From Mustelus asterias (taxonomy: Eukaryota): a stretch of DNA of 64,000 bases. Below the pieces are notes generated by a model. It searched no databases and was not told where the DNA came from. It saw only the letters and a list, made by a program, of their open reading frames with translations. The translations under genes were made by a program, and so were the position numbers. Below, one piece after another: positions 1 to 13,259 of the stretch. The DNA lies in contig NC_135812.1 in NCBI RefSeq assembly GCF_964213995.1, positions 40,052,001 to 40,116,000 on the forward strand, read 5' to 3'. Each line of letters opens with the position of its first letter. Position 1 is the stretch's first letter.

Positions 1-1617
1 TTTACAGATTAAAGGGGAAGAGGTGCTCGCTGTCTTGAGGCAAATCAGAGTGGATAAATCCCCAGGACCGGACAGGGTATTCCCACGGACCTTGAGGGAA
101 GCTAGTGTTGAACTTGCAGGGGCCCTGGCAGACATATTTAAAATGTCAGTATTCACGGGGGAGGTGCCGGATGATTGGAGGGTGGCTCATGTTGTTCCGT
201 TGTTTAAAAAAGGTTCCAAAAGAAATCCGGGAAATTATAGGCCAGTAAGTTTGACGTCGGTGGTGGGCAAGTTATTGGAAGGTGTGATAAGGGATAGGAT
301 CTACAAATATTTGGATAGACAGGGACTTATTAGGGAGAGTCAACATGGCTTTGTGCGTGGTAGGTCATGTTTGACCAACCTATTCGAGTTTTTCGAGGAG
401 GTTACCAGGAAAGTGGATGAAGGGAAGGCGGTGGATGTTGTCTACCTGGATTTCAGCAAGGCCTTTGACAAGGTCCCTCATGGGAGGTTAGTTAGGAAGC
501 TTCAGTCGCTAGGTATACATGGGGAGGTAGTAAATTGGATTAGACACTGGCTCAATGGAAGAAGCCAGAGAATGGTTGTGGAGGATTGCTTCTCTGAGTG
601 GAGGCCTGTGACTAGTGGTGTGCCGCAGGGATCGGTGTTGGGTCCATTGTTGTTTGTCATCTATATCAATGATCTGGATGATAATGTGGTAAATTGGATC
701 AGCAAGTTTGCTGATGATACAAAGATTGGAGGTGTAGTGGACAGTGAGGAAGGTTTTCAAAGCTTGCAGAGGGATTTGGACCAACTAGAAAAATGGGCTG
801 AAAAATGGCAAATGGAATTTAACGCAGACAAGTGTGAGATATTGCACTTTGGAAGGACAAACCAAAGTAGAACGTACAGGGTAAATGGTAGGACTCTGAA
901 GAGTGCAGTTGAACAGAGGGATCTGGGAATACAGGTACAGAATTCCCTAAAAGTGACGTCACAGGTGGATAGGGTCGTAAAGAGTGCCTTTGGTACATTG
1001 GCCTTTATAAATCGGAGTATCGAGTATAAAAGTTGGAGTGTTATGGTAAGGTTATATAAGGCATTGGTGAGGCCAAATTTGGAGTATTGTGTACAGTTTT
1101 GGTCACCTAGTTACAGGAAGGATGTAAATAAGGTTGAAAGAGTGCAGAGAAGGTTCACAAGGATGTTGCCGGGACTTGAGAAGCTGAGTTACAGAGAGAG
1201 ATTGAATAGGTTGGGACTTTATTCCCTGGAGCGTAGAAGATTGAGGGGAGATTTGATAGAGGCGTATAAGATTTTGATGGGTATAGAGAGAGTGAATGCA
1301 AGCAGGCTTTTTCCGCTGAGGCTAGGGGAGAAAAAAACCAGAGGGCATGGGTTAAGGGTGAAAGGAGAAAAGTTTAAAGGGACTATTAGTGGGGGCTTCT
1401 TCACGCAGAGAGTGGGTGGGAGTGTGGAATGAGCTGCCGGATAAAGTGGTAAATGCGGGGTCACTTTTAACATTTAAGAAAAACTTGGATGGGTTCATGG
1501 ATGAGAGGGGTGTGGAGGGATATGGTCCAAGTGCAGGTCAGTGGGACTAGGCAAAAAATGGTTCGGCACAGACAAGAAGGGCCAAAAGGCCTGTTTCTGA
1601 GCTGTAATTTTCTATGC
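1..1617 (+). mobile_element. CR1-clade LINE, 3' part of ORF2 (reverse transcriptase) plus 3' UTR; runs off the window start
   Basis: ORF 23-1432 has KSPGPD, NYRPVSLTS, YLDFSKAFDKVPH, GVPQGSVLGP, KFADD and LEYCVQFWSP; CR1 tail ending TTCTATG near 1615. Confidence 0.95.
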
Positions 1618-2194
1618 TTCTCCAGCCCTTAGGTGAGTCCCCATTTCCTCCAGCTCAAAGGACGGAATCTTGTGCCCTCACTCATGATGGGTTTTGTGGC
1701 TGGGAGGCACTTAATCAGATGGGGGTGCAGTTTGGGGACCCGGCCACCTTACCAGCTCCACTTCAATTAAGTCTGTGGCAGGAAGGCCCGTTAATGGCCT
1801 TCCCGCCCCCCCGCCACCTGACACTCTTAAGTAGGCAATTAATGCAGGGGGCAAGAAGTAATCCCTTATTCAGAAGCACACTGAATTACGAAGGAAGGCC
1901 CACTGAAATCTCCCACCCCCTGTTCTTCCTGCCAGCCCTCTCCGCCACTCTCCACTACTAACGCAATCCCAAAATCCGCTTCCTGCCTTCATTCATTTGT
2001 GGCCTTGGGTCCATCAACGACACTCTGCCTTAGGTGGATGTCATACTGACAGCAACCATCACTTCCCCAGAAATGCAGCTGTTCAATAAGCTGCCATCCT
2101 CTGATTGACCAACAGCTCTTTTTACCCCCAGGGACATTGATCTCAGGGAAGTCTTGCTGCTGGCCTGTCTAGTGCCTGAGTGGTGCAAGATGCA

Positions 2195-2625
2195 GTAAGA
2201 AGTCTCACAACACCACGTTAAAATCCAACAGGTTTATTTGGTAGCAAAAGCCACTAGCTTTCGGAGCGCTTGTTGCTCCTTTGTCAGGTGAGTGGGAGTT
2301 CTGATCACAAACAGGGCATATAAAGACACAAACTCAATTTACAAAATAATGGCTGGAATGCAAGTCTTTACAGGTAATCAAGTCTCAAAAGTACAGATAA
2401 TGTGAGTGGAGAGAGCGTTAAGCACAGGTTAAAGAGATGTGTATTGTCTCCAGACAGGACAGTTAGTGAGATTTTGCAAGCCCAGGCAAGTCATGGGGGT
2501 TACAGATAGTGTGACATGAACCCAAGATCCCGGTTGAGGTCGTCCTCATGTGTGCGGAACTTGGCTATCGGTCTCTGCTCAGCGACTCTGCACTGTCGTG
2601 TGTCATGAAGGCCGCCTTGGAGAAT
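2195..2625 (-). mobile_element. Penelope-like element 3' fragment (GIY-YIG endonuclease C-terminus plus terminal repeat)
   Basis: Minus strand reads LQGGLHDTRQCRVAEQRPIAKFRTHEDDLNRDLGFMSHYL*, followed by a hammerhead-like core at about 2255-2290. Confidence 0.75.
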
Positions 2626-2702
2626 GCCTCACCTGCGAGATACCGATGCCCCACTTGGATCTCTACTTGGAATCTTCATTCATCCCTTTCCAGTAACCAT
2701 AT

Positions 2703-3622
2703 GGCATGGGTGGATCAGTAAATTTGCTGATGACACCAAGATTGGTGGAGTAGTGGATGAGGTGGAGGGCTGTTGTAGGCTGCAAAGAGACAGAGATAGG
2801 ATGCAAAGCTGGGCTGAAAAATGGCAAATGGAGTTTAACCCTGATAAATGTGAGGTGATTCATTTTGGTAGGACTAATTTAAATGTGGATTACAGGGTCA
2901 AAGGTAGGGTTCTGAAGACTGTGGAGGAACAGAGAGATCTTGGGGTCCATATCCACAGATCTCTAAAGGTTGCCACTCAAGTGGATAGAACTGTGAAGAA
3001 GGCCTATAGTGTGTTAGCTTTTATTAACAGGGGGTTGGAGTTTAAGAGCCGTGGGGTTATGCTACAACTGTACAGGACCTTGGTGAGACCACATTTGGAA
3101 TATTGTGTGCAGTTCTGGTCACCTCACTATAAGAAGGATGTGGAAGCGCTGGAAAGAGTGCAGAGGAGATTTACCAGGATGCTGCCTGGTTTGGAGGGTA
3201 GGTCTTATGAGGAAAGGTTGAGGGAGCTAGGACTGTTCTCTCTGGAGCGGAGGAGGCTGAGGGGAGACTTAATAGAGGTTTATAAAATGATGAAGGGGAT
3301 AGATAGAGTGAACGTTCAAAGACTATTTCCTCGGGTGGATGGAGCTATTACAAGGGGGCATAACTATAGGGTTCATGGTGGGAGATACAGGAAGGATATC
3401 AGAGGTAGGTTCTTTACGCAGAGAGTGGTTGGGATGTGGAATGGACTGCCTGCAGTGATAGTGGAGTCAGACACTTTAGGAACATTTATGCGGTTATTGG
3501 ATAGGCACATGGAGCACACCAGGATGATAGGGAGTGGGATAGCTTGATCTTGGTTTCAGATAAACTCGGCACAACATTGTGGGCCGAAGGGCCTGTTCTG
3601 TGCTGTACTGTTCTATGTTCTA
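2703..3622 (+). mobile_element. 5'-truncated CR1 LINE
   Basis: [14 protein letters not shown] through FFTQRVV in ORF 2624-3547; tail TTCTATGTTCTAT. Confidence 0.95.
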
Positions 3623-4399
3623 TCCCTTTGACTCCCTTTTTTGTAAGCTTTCCATGCAGCCATGTCATGGTCCAGCTACTCCTAACCCCAGTCTATCCTC
3701 TGCCTGCGATTATTAGCCTTCTTCATCCTTTCCCTTCTTCCTGGCATCATGTGTCCTCACCCTTCCCCCTTCCTTGCACAGCCCTTTTCCTGCTTTCACA
3801 CTGCTCCTGCTGTCTTGATGTCTTCATCATGTTACACCCCCCCACCCACCCCCCCAACAGCCCGCTCCCCACTCCCAACCTCACCTCGCACTCCAACCCA
3901 GGTTGAACTTTGGATGTTTGTGCAGTGGCTGTTTGAGTTCTACAGTACAGTGCTGTCCCAATGGAAACTGGCATGTGTCATCAGGGGGAAAGAGATGTCT
4001 ATACTCCCCAAAGTTAGGTGCAGTACTGATCTGAGATGGTGACAAAGGAGGATCCATGTGTCCAGCAGCAAAGTGCTTTCCATGAATACCAGCTTAGCAT
4101 GGAAATGGAGGGCAGGAACTGCTCTGCCCAGCAGAATGATGAACAGTGCATCAGGAGCAGCACTATGCCAAGTTGGCTTTGTTGCATTCACATTGAAGTC
4201 TCTTGCAAACTGAGCACCGCCCTATGTATGCCACTCTTTAGCAATCAGACTTTAATTCAATGAGCATTCATAAGATGCAAATTAATGCAAATTGGTTTCA
4301 TGTCACCAGCCAGCAGGTGGACCGATCTGCCAGTAACCTCCATTGGGAGAATTTCCATTTGCCCATTGATTCTGATCTCACTGATGATTTCAAACACCC

Positions 4400-7300
4400 A
4401 TTGCTGCTGTCTCATGCACACATCATCTTCATTGTTCTCTTTCTCCACATTTTTGTGAAAAGCTGTGTGAATAGAAAGACCTTGGAGGCGGTCTTACCAT
4501 TGCGACTCTCTGGCCAATGGGTGGTGCAAGCCAGTAAGATCAGGAGAGAGCCGAGAAATCAGGTTCATGCCCATTTCTGGTGCTCGGCTGAATAATTTAT
4601 TGAAATATATTTAAATCAAAATTTATATTGAATTAATGAGCCCGGGATGCTATTGTCCAGGCTAACTTGCCAGTATGACCTCGCCAAGAGAGATTCTCTC
4701 TGGCAAGAATCACAGCTGGTCCCCAGCAACAGGGACCAGTCATGATGGCCTTGGTAGTAGAACCAGAGGCGATTGAGGCTGCCCATGGAGGTCGGGGACA
4801 GAGGGCCTGCCCCTTGGGTAGTGCCAGCCTGGCTCTCTGGCAGTGCCCACCAGGCAGCCTGGCATTGCCCACTGAGCACCAGGCAGTGCCAATTGGGTGG
4901 GGACAGAGGGGGCGGAGCCTACTGGCAGGGCTAGACCAGGGGCAACCAGTCAGTGGTTGGGGGGGAGCACGCTGCACATTCTGCATCATGGATGGGTAGG
5001 GGGAAGAAGGGAGGCCAGTTGCCACTCTGCACTAGGGATTGGTAGGGAGAGGGAGGGAGAACCTGCTGTGCACTCTGCACTAGAGATTGGTGGGGGGAGG
5101 GAGGGGGACAATCAGGGCTGTCTATGGAGAAGGAGCAGGCCGATGATTGCAGGTTGGGGGGGGGGGGGGGGTGGGTCAGGCTACCGATTGTGGGGGGGCT
5201 TTGGCCATTGATCATGGGGGGACGGAGAATCAGTCTGGGTGGGGGGGTTTCGTGATAGGCTGCAGTGGGGGGTTGCTTTGTGTGAGGCTGGCTGAGAGCA
5301 GCAGAGACTGAGTGATAGGTCTCTGCTGATAGAGACCTGCACGTGCGCAATGGCACCCTCTGCTGCTCTCAGCCAACGTTCTGGCAATTTAACCCTGCCC
5401 CCCTCCTTCTACAGGCAAGAAACTGTTTCTGCTTTTTTTTCATGCACTAAGTGCATAAGGTTGCAGATTTGAACTCGCCCAAAAAACAGATCTGAAAGTC
5501 TCCTGTTTTCACGCCCATCCTGGAATTAGAATCTTTTTGGTAAGATCACTCCCCCTTGACTCTGTTTCACACTCATTGGATGTAATCCATTGATAGACAA
5601 GGAACCTTGGCCAGTAATTGTGATTCTTATTGGTTATTATCACATCAAACGTTTTTATTTTTGTCACAGTAGTGGAAACCTTCTCAGGGGATCCTAGCCA
5701 AGAAGTCTTACATCACATCTGCTACTCTGGTACAAAAATGTTTGCCATTTCTGTTTCCCTAACATGATAAAAAAGCTGCACATTTTTTGTTTCGCATCAT
5801 TCATATTTATCCTGTATTAAACATTATGCTGCATTATTTTATTTCATCGACACATTCAACCATTTATAAAGAAATGAATGTCACTGGGTAAGATAGTAAA
5901 TGCTATGAGGTATATAGTATTTGAAGTAAAATTTTTATGAAATTTCTGATTTATATAATTTATTTCAACCTTTTTCCTGGTTGCTTATCAACGTTTTTGA
6001 GACAGTGCTGCAACAACTTCTAAGAAAATTAATTGCAATATGACCATGTAAAACAGTTTCACCTCTTTTGATATAACAAGAAATGAAACTATCCAAGTGA
6101 TTAATGAAAATGGATTCCAATGAAATAATTTAATTGGCTACAAACTAGTTAGCTCTCAAAAGGACTCATTATTCCAAAGGTATAGAATCGAATTTTGCAA
6201 GCAGCAATAAACAAAAAAAGCTAACCATTCATTGTCTGTACACTTGCCCACATCTTTCTGTAGGTTTTGCACTGGAACTTACAATAATTAGAAAGTCATT
6301 TGGCACAGAGCCCCAGAAGATCTGAATTCTTCATGAATAGGCCAATCAATTGCATATTCTGAAAATTAACTTTTACATGAATAGTCTGATTCCTTTAGGA
6401 TTTAATGTTTGAGATTTAAGGCATATACTGTTTGAAATTTACTTATACCAGAATGAACAAGTCCTAACTTTTTTGTGCCTTTTCTTCCAACTATGGTCAG
6501 TATATTAAATCACACTGATTTTTAAAGTGCTCCTCTGCTTCTTCGAGAGACTTTAAATAACAGGCAGCAGAATATTCAGGAGCTGTGTTACTTCATACTA
6601 GCTTCATCATTTAATGCGCCAACAGCTCCAACACATTCCCCAGCACCAAGTCCTAAGCACTATGCAGATCTCAAAGACCTCATACGGCAATATGGATACA
6701 ATGGGAGTTTGCTCGGACCGACCAGAGTAAGCAGTTTGGCTTCTTGAAGGGAAAATGAAGCTAATTTTCCATTAATTCCTTGAGTCCTAATCTTCTTGGA
6801 AGGCTGAAGAGAATATCCTTCTGTTTTTCCAGTAAGCAATAGAACCTAATACCACGATGACTGTAAACTTCCTGAGGATACTTCTTACTAGTTCAGATCT
6901 TTTCCAAAATTAAAGTTTGGAGTTGCACCATATGAGCTGATTGAGCTGTATTTTAAAGTTCTGTACCCACCCAAAGAAACTTATGCAATGTGACAAAAAA
7001 AGCTTCTCATACTGCTTTCCAGCTATCAAACTATGTCCAAGGCAGTTTGCCTGTGGAAATCTTAATGCTGAATTGGTCATCACTTGCTGAATCAGCATCA
7101 GAATTTAAGTAGTGAGAAATAAGTTACTATTTTTTAGCACCCAGTAAAATGTTCCCACTGTATTAGGGTCAATTTTGTGAGACATTTATACTTATTACTC
7201 AAGTCTCTTGGTGCATCATATTACTATGGAATTCAAAGTACTAAAAAACTGTAACAAAAAACAAAACTGCACTCGCTACTCTTCTTTATTATCTTGTGCA

Positions 7301-7660
7301 CTTAAATTGATAGCATTAGATCATGACAGTACATTACATATATTTCAAATTTAATGGAACAATATCACATTGATTCTTTACTTTTTAGTTTCCTGGGTAT
7401 ATTAAATTAAGAATGGAAAGCTGCAAGTTAATTTTTCCAAAGATGGCAAATATAAACTTATCTTCTGACGATTTAGGTTCTTTCTACTGGGGCATTGGAG
7501 GCTGATCTAACTACAATTGAATCACTTAAATATATTTTCAATTATGATGCCTTCAAATCCTTCAATGATTGGTGAGATATACAAATGTATACTTCTACTA
7601 TGTGTACTACCATGTTTATGGTGGGAACTGTCTGCTGTGCAATTTCTCAAAACCATATCA
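4400..7660 (+). pseudogene. Putative endogenous Mononegavirales L-polymerase relic (capping/PRNTase domain, connector, start of methyltransferase), split by the MITE at 4485-5555
   Basis: Manual translation across stops and frameshifts: STFL*KAV*IERP (motif A-like), FIFV..ICYSGTKM 5723-5740 (GxxT-like), AYQRF*DSA ending near 6009 (HR-like), SVHLPTSFCRFC near 6240, YGYNGSLLGP near 6715, FSFLGILN*EWKAA (K at 7417), WGIGG*S 7488-7508 (GxGxG-like). Confidence 0.6.
4485..5555. mobile_element. Non-autonomous Harbinger-type MITE-like element
   Basis: Imperfect terminal inverted repeats (..GCGGTCTTACCA / TGGTAAGATCAC..), TTG on both flanks, G-rich core shared with other copies in the window. Confidence 0.65.
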
Positions 7661-8420
7661 GTAGTTGGGGACTTTAACTAGCCTAATATAGCCTGGGAAC
7701 CAAAACAAATTAAAGATCAAGGATGGTGAAGAATGCATAAAATGTGTTCGGAGAACTTGCAATTTAGTATATTTCTACTACAATAAGAAAACAGTACTGG
7801 ATCTAATTTTGGGGGTTGAAGTAGGGCAAATGCTTTATATTTTAGTGTGAGAACATTTGAGTAAAAATGATCATAACATAATTAGGATTAAAGCAATTAT
7901 GGCAGAAAAAAAACTAAAATTAACAGTAAAAGATACCCAACGGGAAAAGAGACAATGTCATGAGGCAGAACTTTCTCAGCAGGTTTTCAGGCAGGGGCCC
8001 CGTAAAAATCAGTGGGTGCTTTTCCTTACTGCCTACACACCTATCCTCAACATGACTGCAAGTTAACATGTGGCAGGCAAGTCCTTGGATGGCACGTCTG
8101 CCATCATACCATTTGAAGCCATCAATTAGCCAACAATGGCTACTTCAGGATCACCTTTCACTTGACTGCAATTTTCTTTCCAGTAGGAGGGGGTCAGCAA
8201 AGGGCAGAAAGTCTGGGAAGTAAGCCTGCTTGGGACTCGGCAGGAAAGATGCGGGTGCCTCCTTCATCTTCAATTGGAGTTCATTTCGCCTTTTCTTAAT
8301 TCAACTGGAACCTGATTCCTGTCCTCGTTCCTTGTCCCTTACTTCTGGGACATTTTCTGGCTGAATAAAAGCTGACTCCCCAAGATGTACTTTCACTAAC
8401 CCTTGAAATAATCTGGTGAC

Positions 8421-8726
8421 TGTGGTGAACCATAGTTGGTTACCACTATGAGTACTGAACCATAGATGGTCAGCACTATGGGTACTTGTAGATATGTTAC
8501 TGTTGTCACTGTTGGGGTTAGGGTTGGGGTGTTCTACCTGTTGATATTGTTCTGTGGTACACTCCAGTTGGCTCCGCCTACCTGGAGGAGTATAAAGGTC
8601 ACTGCACTGCCTGGTGACCCTTTAGTCTGGGATTATATTGTATATAGTATGCTCCATTCTTGTTAGTAATAAAAGCCTTTATTTCCCGGGTACGATCTAG
8701 CCTCCGAGTGATTTAATCGCGCATCA
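8421..8726 (+). repeat. 5' LTR of element 1
   Basis: Direct repeat of 12824-13130; TATAAA near 8591, AATAAA near 8668. Confidence 0.97.
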
Positions 8727-8762
8727 ATTTTATTACTAACAAATTTTGGTAAAAAAAAAACC

Positions 8763-11700
8763 ATGGAGCAAATGTTGAAACCCGATCGGCTTACCTTAGA
8801 TCCACGTGCAGCGGGAGCCTCAAACACTTTCGACCATTGGTTAAAGTGTTTCAAGACTACATCGATGCCTCAACAGCCATTCAAAATGACGCCGATAGAC
8901 TGCGGGTCCTCCACGCAAGAGTAAACGACACTGTATACTCATCAATCCGCGATGCCCAAGACTACAAAGGGGCCATCGAACTACTTAAGAAACTGTACAA
9001 CAAACCGCCAAACGAGATTCATGCTCGACACCTTCTAGCCACTCGACGGCGGCAGCCCGGCGAAACGACAGGACAGTACCTGCGCGAACTTCAGCAGCTA
9101 GCCAGAGCCTGCAACTGCAAGCCATTGTCGGCGGCCCAGTATACTAACGACTTGATCCGAGATGCGTTCGTGGCGGGAATCGGCTCATTGTATATTCGCC
9201 TGCGGCTGCTAGAGCAAGGTAACCTAGACCTAGCTAAGACGGTGGAATTGGCTGACACGATGGAAACGGCCTCCAGAAGTCTAGAAACTTACCCCACCGA
9301 CCACGTGGGAACATCGTGACAAGTACAGCCACCGACTCAACTCGACCCAGCGGCTCCGAAAAACTGTGCGATTGTGCTTTCAACCTTGGACCTGATGACA
9401 GCGGCAGCTCCAGGAGGCCCGCGGTGCTATTTCTGTGGATTGGCGAAACACCCTCGGCAGCGATGTCCAGCCAGAACGGTATTTTGCTCTGCGTGTGGGA
9501 AGAAAGGGCACTATGCCAAAGTATGCAGGGCTAAACCACCCTCCAAGCATAGCAGCGCGGCGTGTGATTCTCCAGAGCCTGTCTCCTTGTCTCCAGCTTC
9601 TTCGAGGTCTTCCACCACGTGCGATTCCAGACCGCCGCCATTCCTGACGACGAAGACGCAAGACACATGCGACCTGCAGGGGCCGCCACTTTTAGCGCCA
9701 CCGACCACGTGCGATCCATGGGCGCAGCCATTTTGGTCGGCACCGACCGCAGACGACCAGCAGGGGTCATCATCATCAACCATCTCAGCTGCTTGCAGTT
9801 GCACTCAAGACCCAACGGTGGCGTCAATCATCCTGGACCAGGCCAAGCCTCACAGACTCGACAAGTCCATGATGGGCATAGAGGTAAATGGACGCCTAAT
9901 TCATTGTTTGTTTGACAGCGGGAGCACGGAGAGTTTCATTCACCCTGACACCGTGAAATGGTGCGGTCTCCGAGTACGGACTGTCAGACAGACAATTTCG
10001 ATGGCGTCGAGGTCCCGGTCTGTTACCGTGCTTGGGAGCTGCGTGGTCAACCTAACGGTGCGGGGCACAGTTTATGAGAACTTCAGGCTCCTTGTGTTAC
10101 CACACCTTTGCGCTCCGATACTCCTGGGACTAGACTTTATGGTCCACCTGAGGAATGTAACCCTGCAGTATGATGGGCCACTCCCTCCACTTTCAGTGGG
10201 AGAACAGCAGCCTCCAAATTGCCCAGCGCGCTCCACGTGTAGCCTCTCGACACTCAGAATCACCCCACCATCTTTATTCGAGAATCTCGTGCCCGGCTGC
10301 AAGCCCATTGCAACTAAGAGCAGGCGTTACAGCGCTGAGGATCGGATCTTTATTCGATCTGAAGTTCAGCGGCTCCTCAGGGAAGGGATCATTCAACCTA
10401 GCACTAGTCCATGGAGAGCGCAAGTCGTGGTGGTTAAAACTGGAGACAAACCCCGGATGGTCATAGACTATAGTCAGACCATTAATAGATACACGCAGCT
10501 GGACGCGTATCCTCTCCCGCGCATATCTGACATGGTCAACCAGATTGCGCAGTACCGGGTGTTCACCACCATTGACTTGAAGTCAGCTTACCACCAGCTC
10601 CCCATTCGCCCAGAGGACTGAAAATATATGGCCTTTGAGTCGGATGGTCGTCTTTACCACTTTTTAAGGGTTCCCTTTGGCATCACGAATGGGGTCTCGG
10701 TCTTCCAGCGTGCAATGGACCGAATGGTGGACCAAAAGGGGCTGCGGGCTACCTTCCCGTACCTGGACAACGTCACTATCTGCGGCCATGACCAGCAGGA
10801 CCACGATGCCAATCTCCTTAGATTTTTACGCACTGCGTCTCGCCTGAATCTGACCTACAACAGGGAGAAGTATGTATTTAGCAAGCGCCGCCTAGCAATT
10901 CTCGGATACGTGGTGGAAAACGGGGTCCTTGGCCCTGATCCAGACCGTATGCGTCCCCTCCTTGAACTCCCCCTACCCACTAGTTTCAAAGCACTGAGAA
11001 GATGCTTAGGTTTCTTTTCATACTATGCACAGTGGGTTCCCAATTATGCGGACAAAGCCCGTCCGCTCATAAAGTCTACCTCTTTTCCCCTAGCAGCAGA
11101 GGCTCGCTTAGCCTTTGAAGGGATAAAAGCTGACATCGCGAAAGCCACGATGCACGCTGTCGATGAGTCCATCCCCTTTCAGGTGGAGAGTGATGCATCT
11201 GATTTCGCCCTGGCCGCCACACTTAACCGGGCGGGCAGGCCCGTCGCCTTTTTCTCTCGCACCCTCCAAGGCCCTGAAATTCGGCACTCCTCTGTGGAGA
11301 AAGAGGCTCAGGCCATTGTGGAGGCCGTTCGGCATTGGCGCCATTACTTGGCGGGAAAACGATTCACCCTGCTCACGGACCAGCGGTCCGTGGCGTTCAT
11401 GTTCAACAACACGTTACGGGGTAAGATCAAAAATGATAAAATCTTGAGGTGGAGAATTGAACTCTCCACCTACAACTATGATATCATGTACCGTCCGGGG
11501 AAGCTCAATGAGCCCTCAGACGCCCTGTCGCGTGGAACATGTGCAAGTGTGCAGGAGGATCGATTACAGGCCCTCCACAATGATCTCTGCCATCCGAGGA
11601 TCACTCGGCTCTTCCATTTCGTAAAGGCCCGGAATCTACCCTACTCAGTGGAGGATGTCAGGTCCATAACCCGAAGCTGCCAGGTATGTGCTGAATGCAA

Positions 11701-12760
11701 ACCGCACTTCTACCGACCTGACAGGGCACACCTCATTAAAGCCACTCGCCCTTTTGAAAGACTGAGTGTGGACTTTGAGGGCCCCCTTCCTTCGACAGAT
11801 CGGAACGTGTACTTCCTCAACGTGATTGACAAGTACTCACGGTTCCCTTTTGCCATTCCCTGTTCAGACATGACCGCTGCCACGGTTATCAAAGCATTAC
11901 GGGATCTTTTCACCCTGTTCGGTTACCCCAGCTATGTCCACAGTGATAGGGGCTCGTCATTTATGAGTGACGACTTGAGGCAATACCTGCTCTCAAAAGG
12001 GATTGCCTCAAGTAGAACTACGAGTTACAACCCCAGGGGTAACGGGCAGGTTGAAAGAGAAAATGCTACAGTCTGGAAGGCTGTCTTACTGGCGTTGAGG
12101 TCTAAGGGTCTTCCAGTCTCCCGTTGGCAAGAGGTACTTTCTGATGCGCTCCATTCCATCCGGTCCCTCCTGTGTACGGCAACCAACGCTACTCCACATG
12201 AGAGGATGTTTTCCTTCCCTAGGAAGTCTTCCTCTGGGACCTCATTGCCGTCTTGGTTGATGTACTCAGGACCTGTCCTCCTGCGGCAGCATGTTAGGAC
12301 CCGCAAGTCCGACCCTTTGGTTGAACAGGTCCATCTCCTCCACGCCAACCCTCAATATGCCTATGTGGCATATCCTGACGGGCGAGAGGACACGGTCTCT
12401 ATTAGAGATCTGGCGACTGCAGGGGACTTGGAAACCCCCGTCGCTCCCACACCCCTAGTTAGGGACCCCTTGACCTTTATCTCCCCTCCTGACACGGCGC
12501 GGGCAGTATCGGGACCACCACTTAATCCTCTTACTCCCGTGTACAGCTTGCCTGAGTCCAGGAGATTGTCGCCACCTCGAGGCGTGCTCAAGTCCAGCAG
12601 ATTGTCGCCACCTCGTGGTCCACCTGTCCGTGAGGAACTGGAGGAGTCACTGGACACCGCCTTGGAGAGAGGGTCATCACGGTCACCAGAACCGGCGTTA
12701 CCGCCAGTGTTGAGGAGGTCGCAGAGACGGTGCGGTCCTCCAATACGACTGAACTTGTGA
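8763..12760 (+). pseudogene. gag-pol of element 1 (two CCHC knuckles, protease, RT, RNase H, integrase); disrupted
   Basis: MEQMLKPDRL start, CYFC..H..C and CSAC..GH..C, LFDSGS, YLDN, SDASD, HHCC, HSDRGSSF, NGQVERE; frameshifts near 8850 and 9360, stops at 9317 and 10619. Confidence 0.93.
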
Positions 12761-12823
12761 ATATATGGACAGTTCGTTCTGTTTTTTTTGCCCCGCCGGC
12801 CTTTGTTTTAAAGGAGGGGTGAA

Positions 12824-13130
12824 TGTGGTGAACCATAGTTGGTTACCACTATGAGTACTGAACCATAGATGGTCAGCACTATGGGTACTTGTAGATATGT
12901 TACTGTTGTCACTGTTGGGGTTAGGGATGGGGTGTTCTACCTGTTGATATTGTTCTGTAGTACGCTCCAGTTGGCTCCGCCTACCTGGAGGAGTATAAAG
13001 GTCCCTGTACTGCCTGGTGATCCTTTAGTCTGGGATTATATTGTATATAGTATGCTCCATTCTTGTTGGTAATAAAAGCCTTTATTTCCCGGGTACGATC
13101 TAGCCTCCTGAGTGATTTAATCGCGCATCA
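12824..13130 (+). repeat. 3' LTR of element 1
   Basis: By eye 7 substitutions and 1 indel versus the 5' LTR. Confidence 0.97.
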
Positions 13131-13259
13131 GTGACCTATCACAGCACTCCAAGAGGGTCTCCACCCTTTTTACTAGGCAGTAACAAAGCAGTGGAACATC
13201 CTGTACCATAAATGTTACATATCTCGAAAGACTACGAGCTTACATAGCACATAGAGACA

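Larger units (their letters stand above)
8421..13130 (+). mobile_element. Full-length Ty3/Gypsy LTR retrotransposon (element 1)
   Basis: LTRs 8421-8726 and 12824-13130 (TG...CA), 5-bp TSD GTGAC at 8416-8420 and 13131-13135, PPT AAAGGAGGGGTGAA before the 3' LTR. Confidence 0.97.

Noticed and set aside
6528-6726. Possible host exon (AG...GTAAGC, open frame APLLLRETL..LLGPTR)
   Set aside because: No partner exons or recognisable host protein; it fits better as part of the collinear L-like connector region
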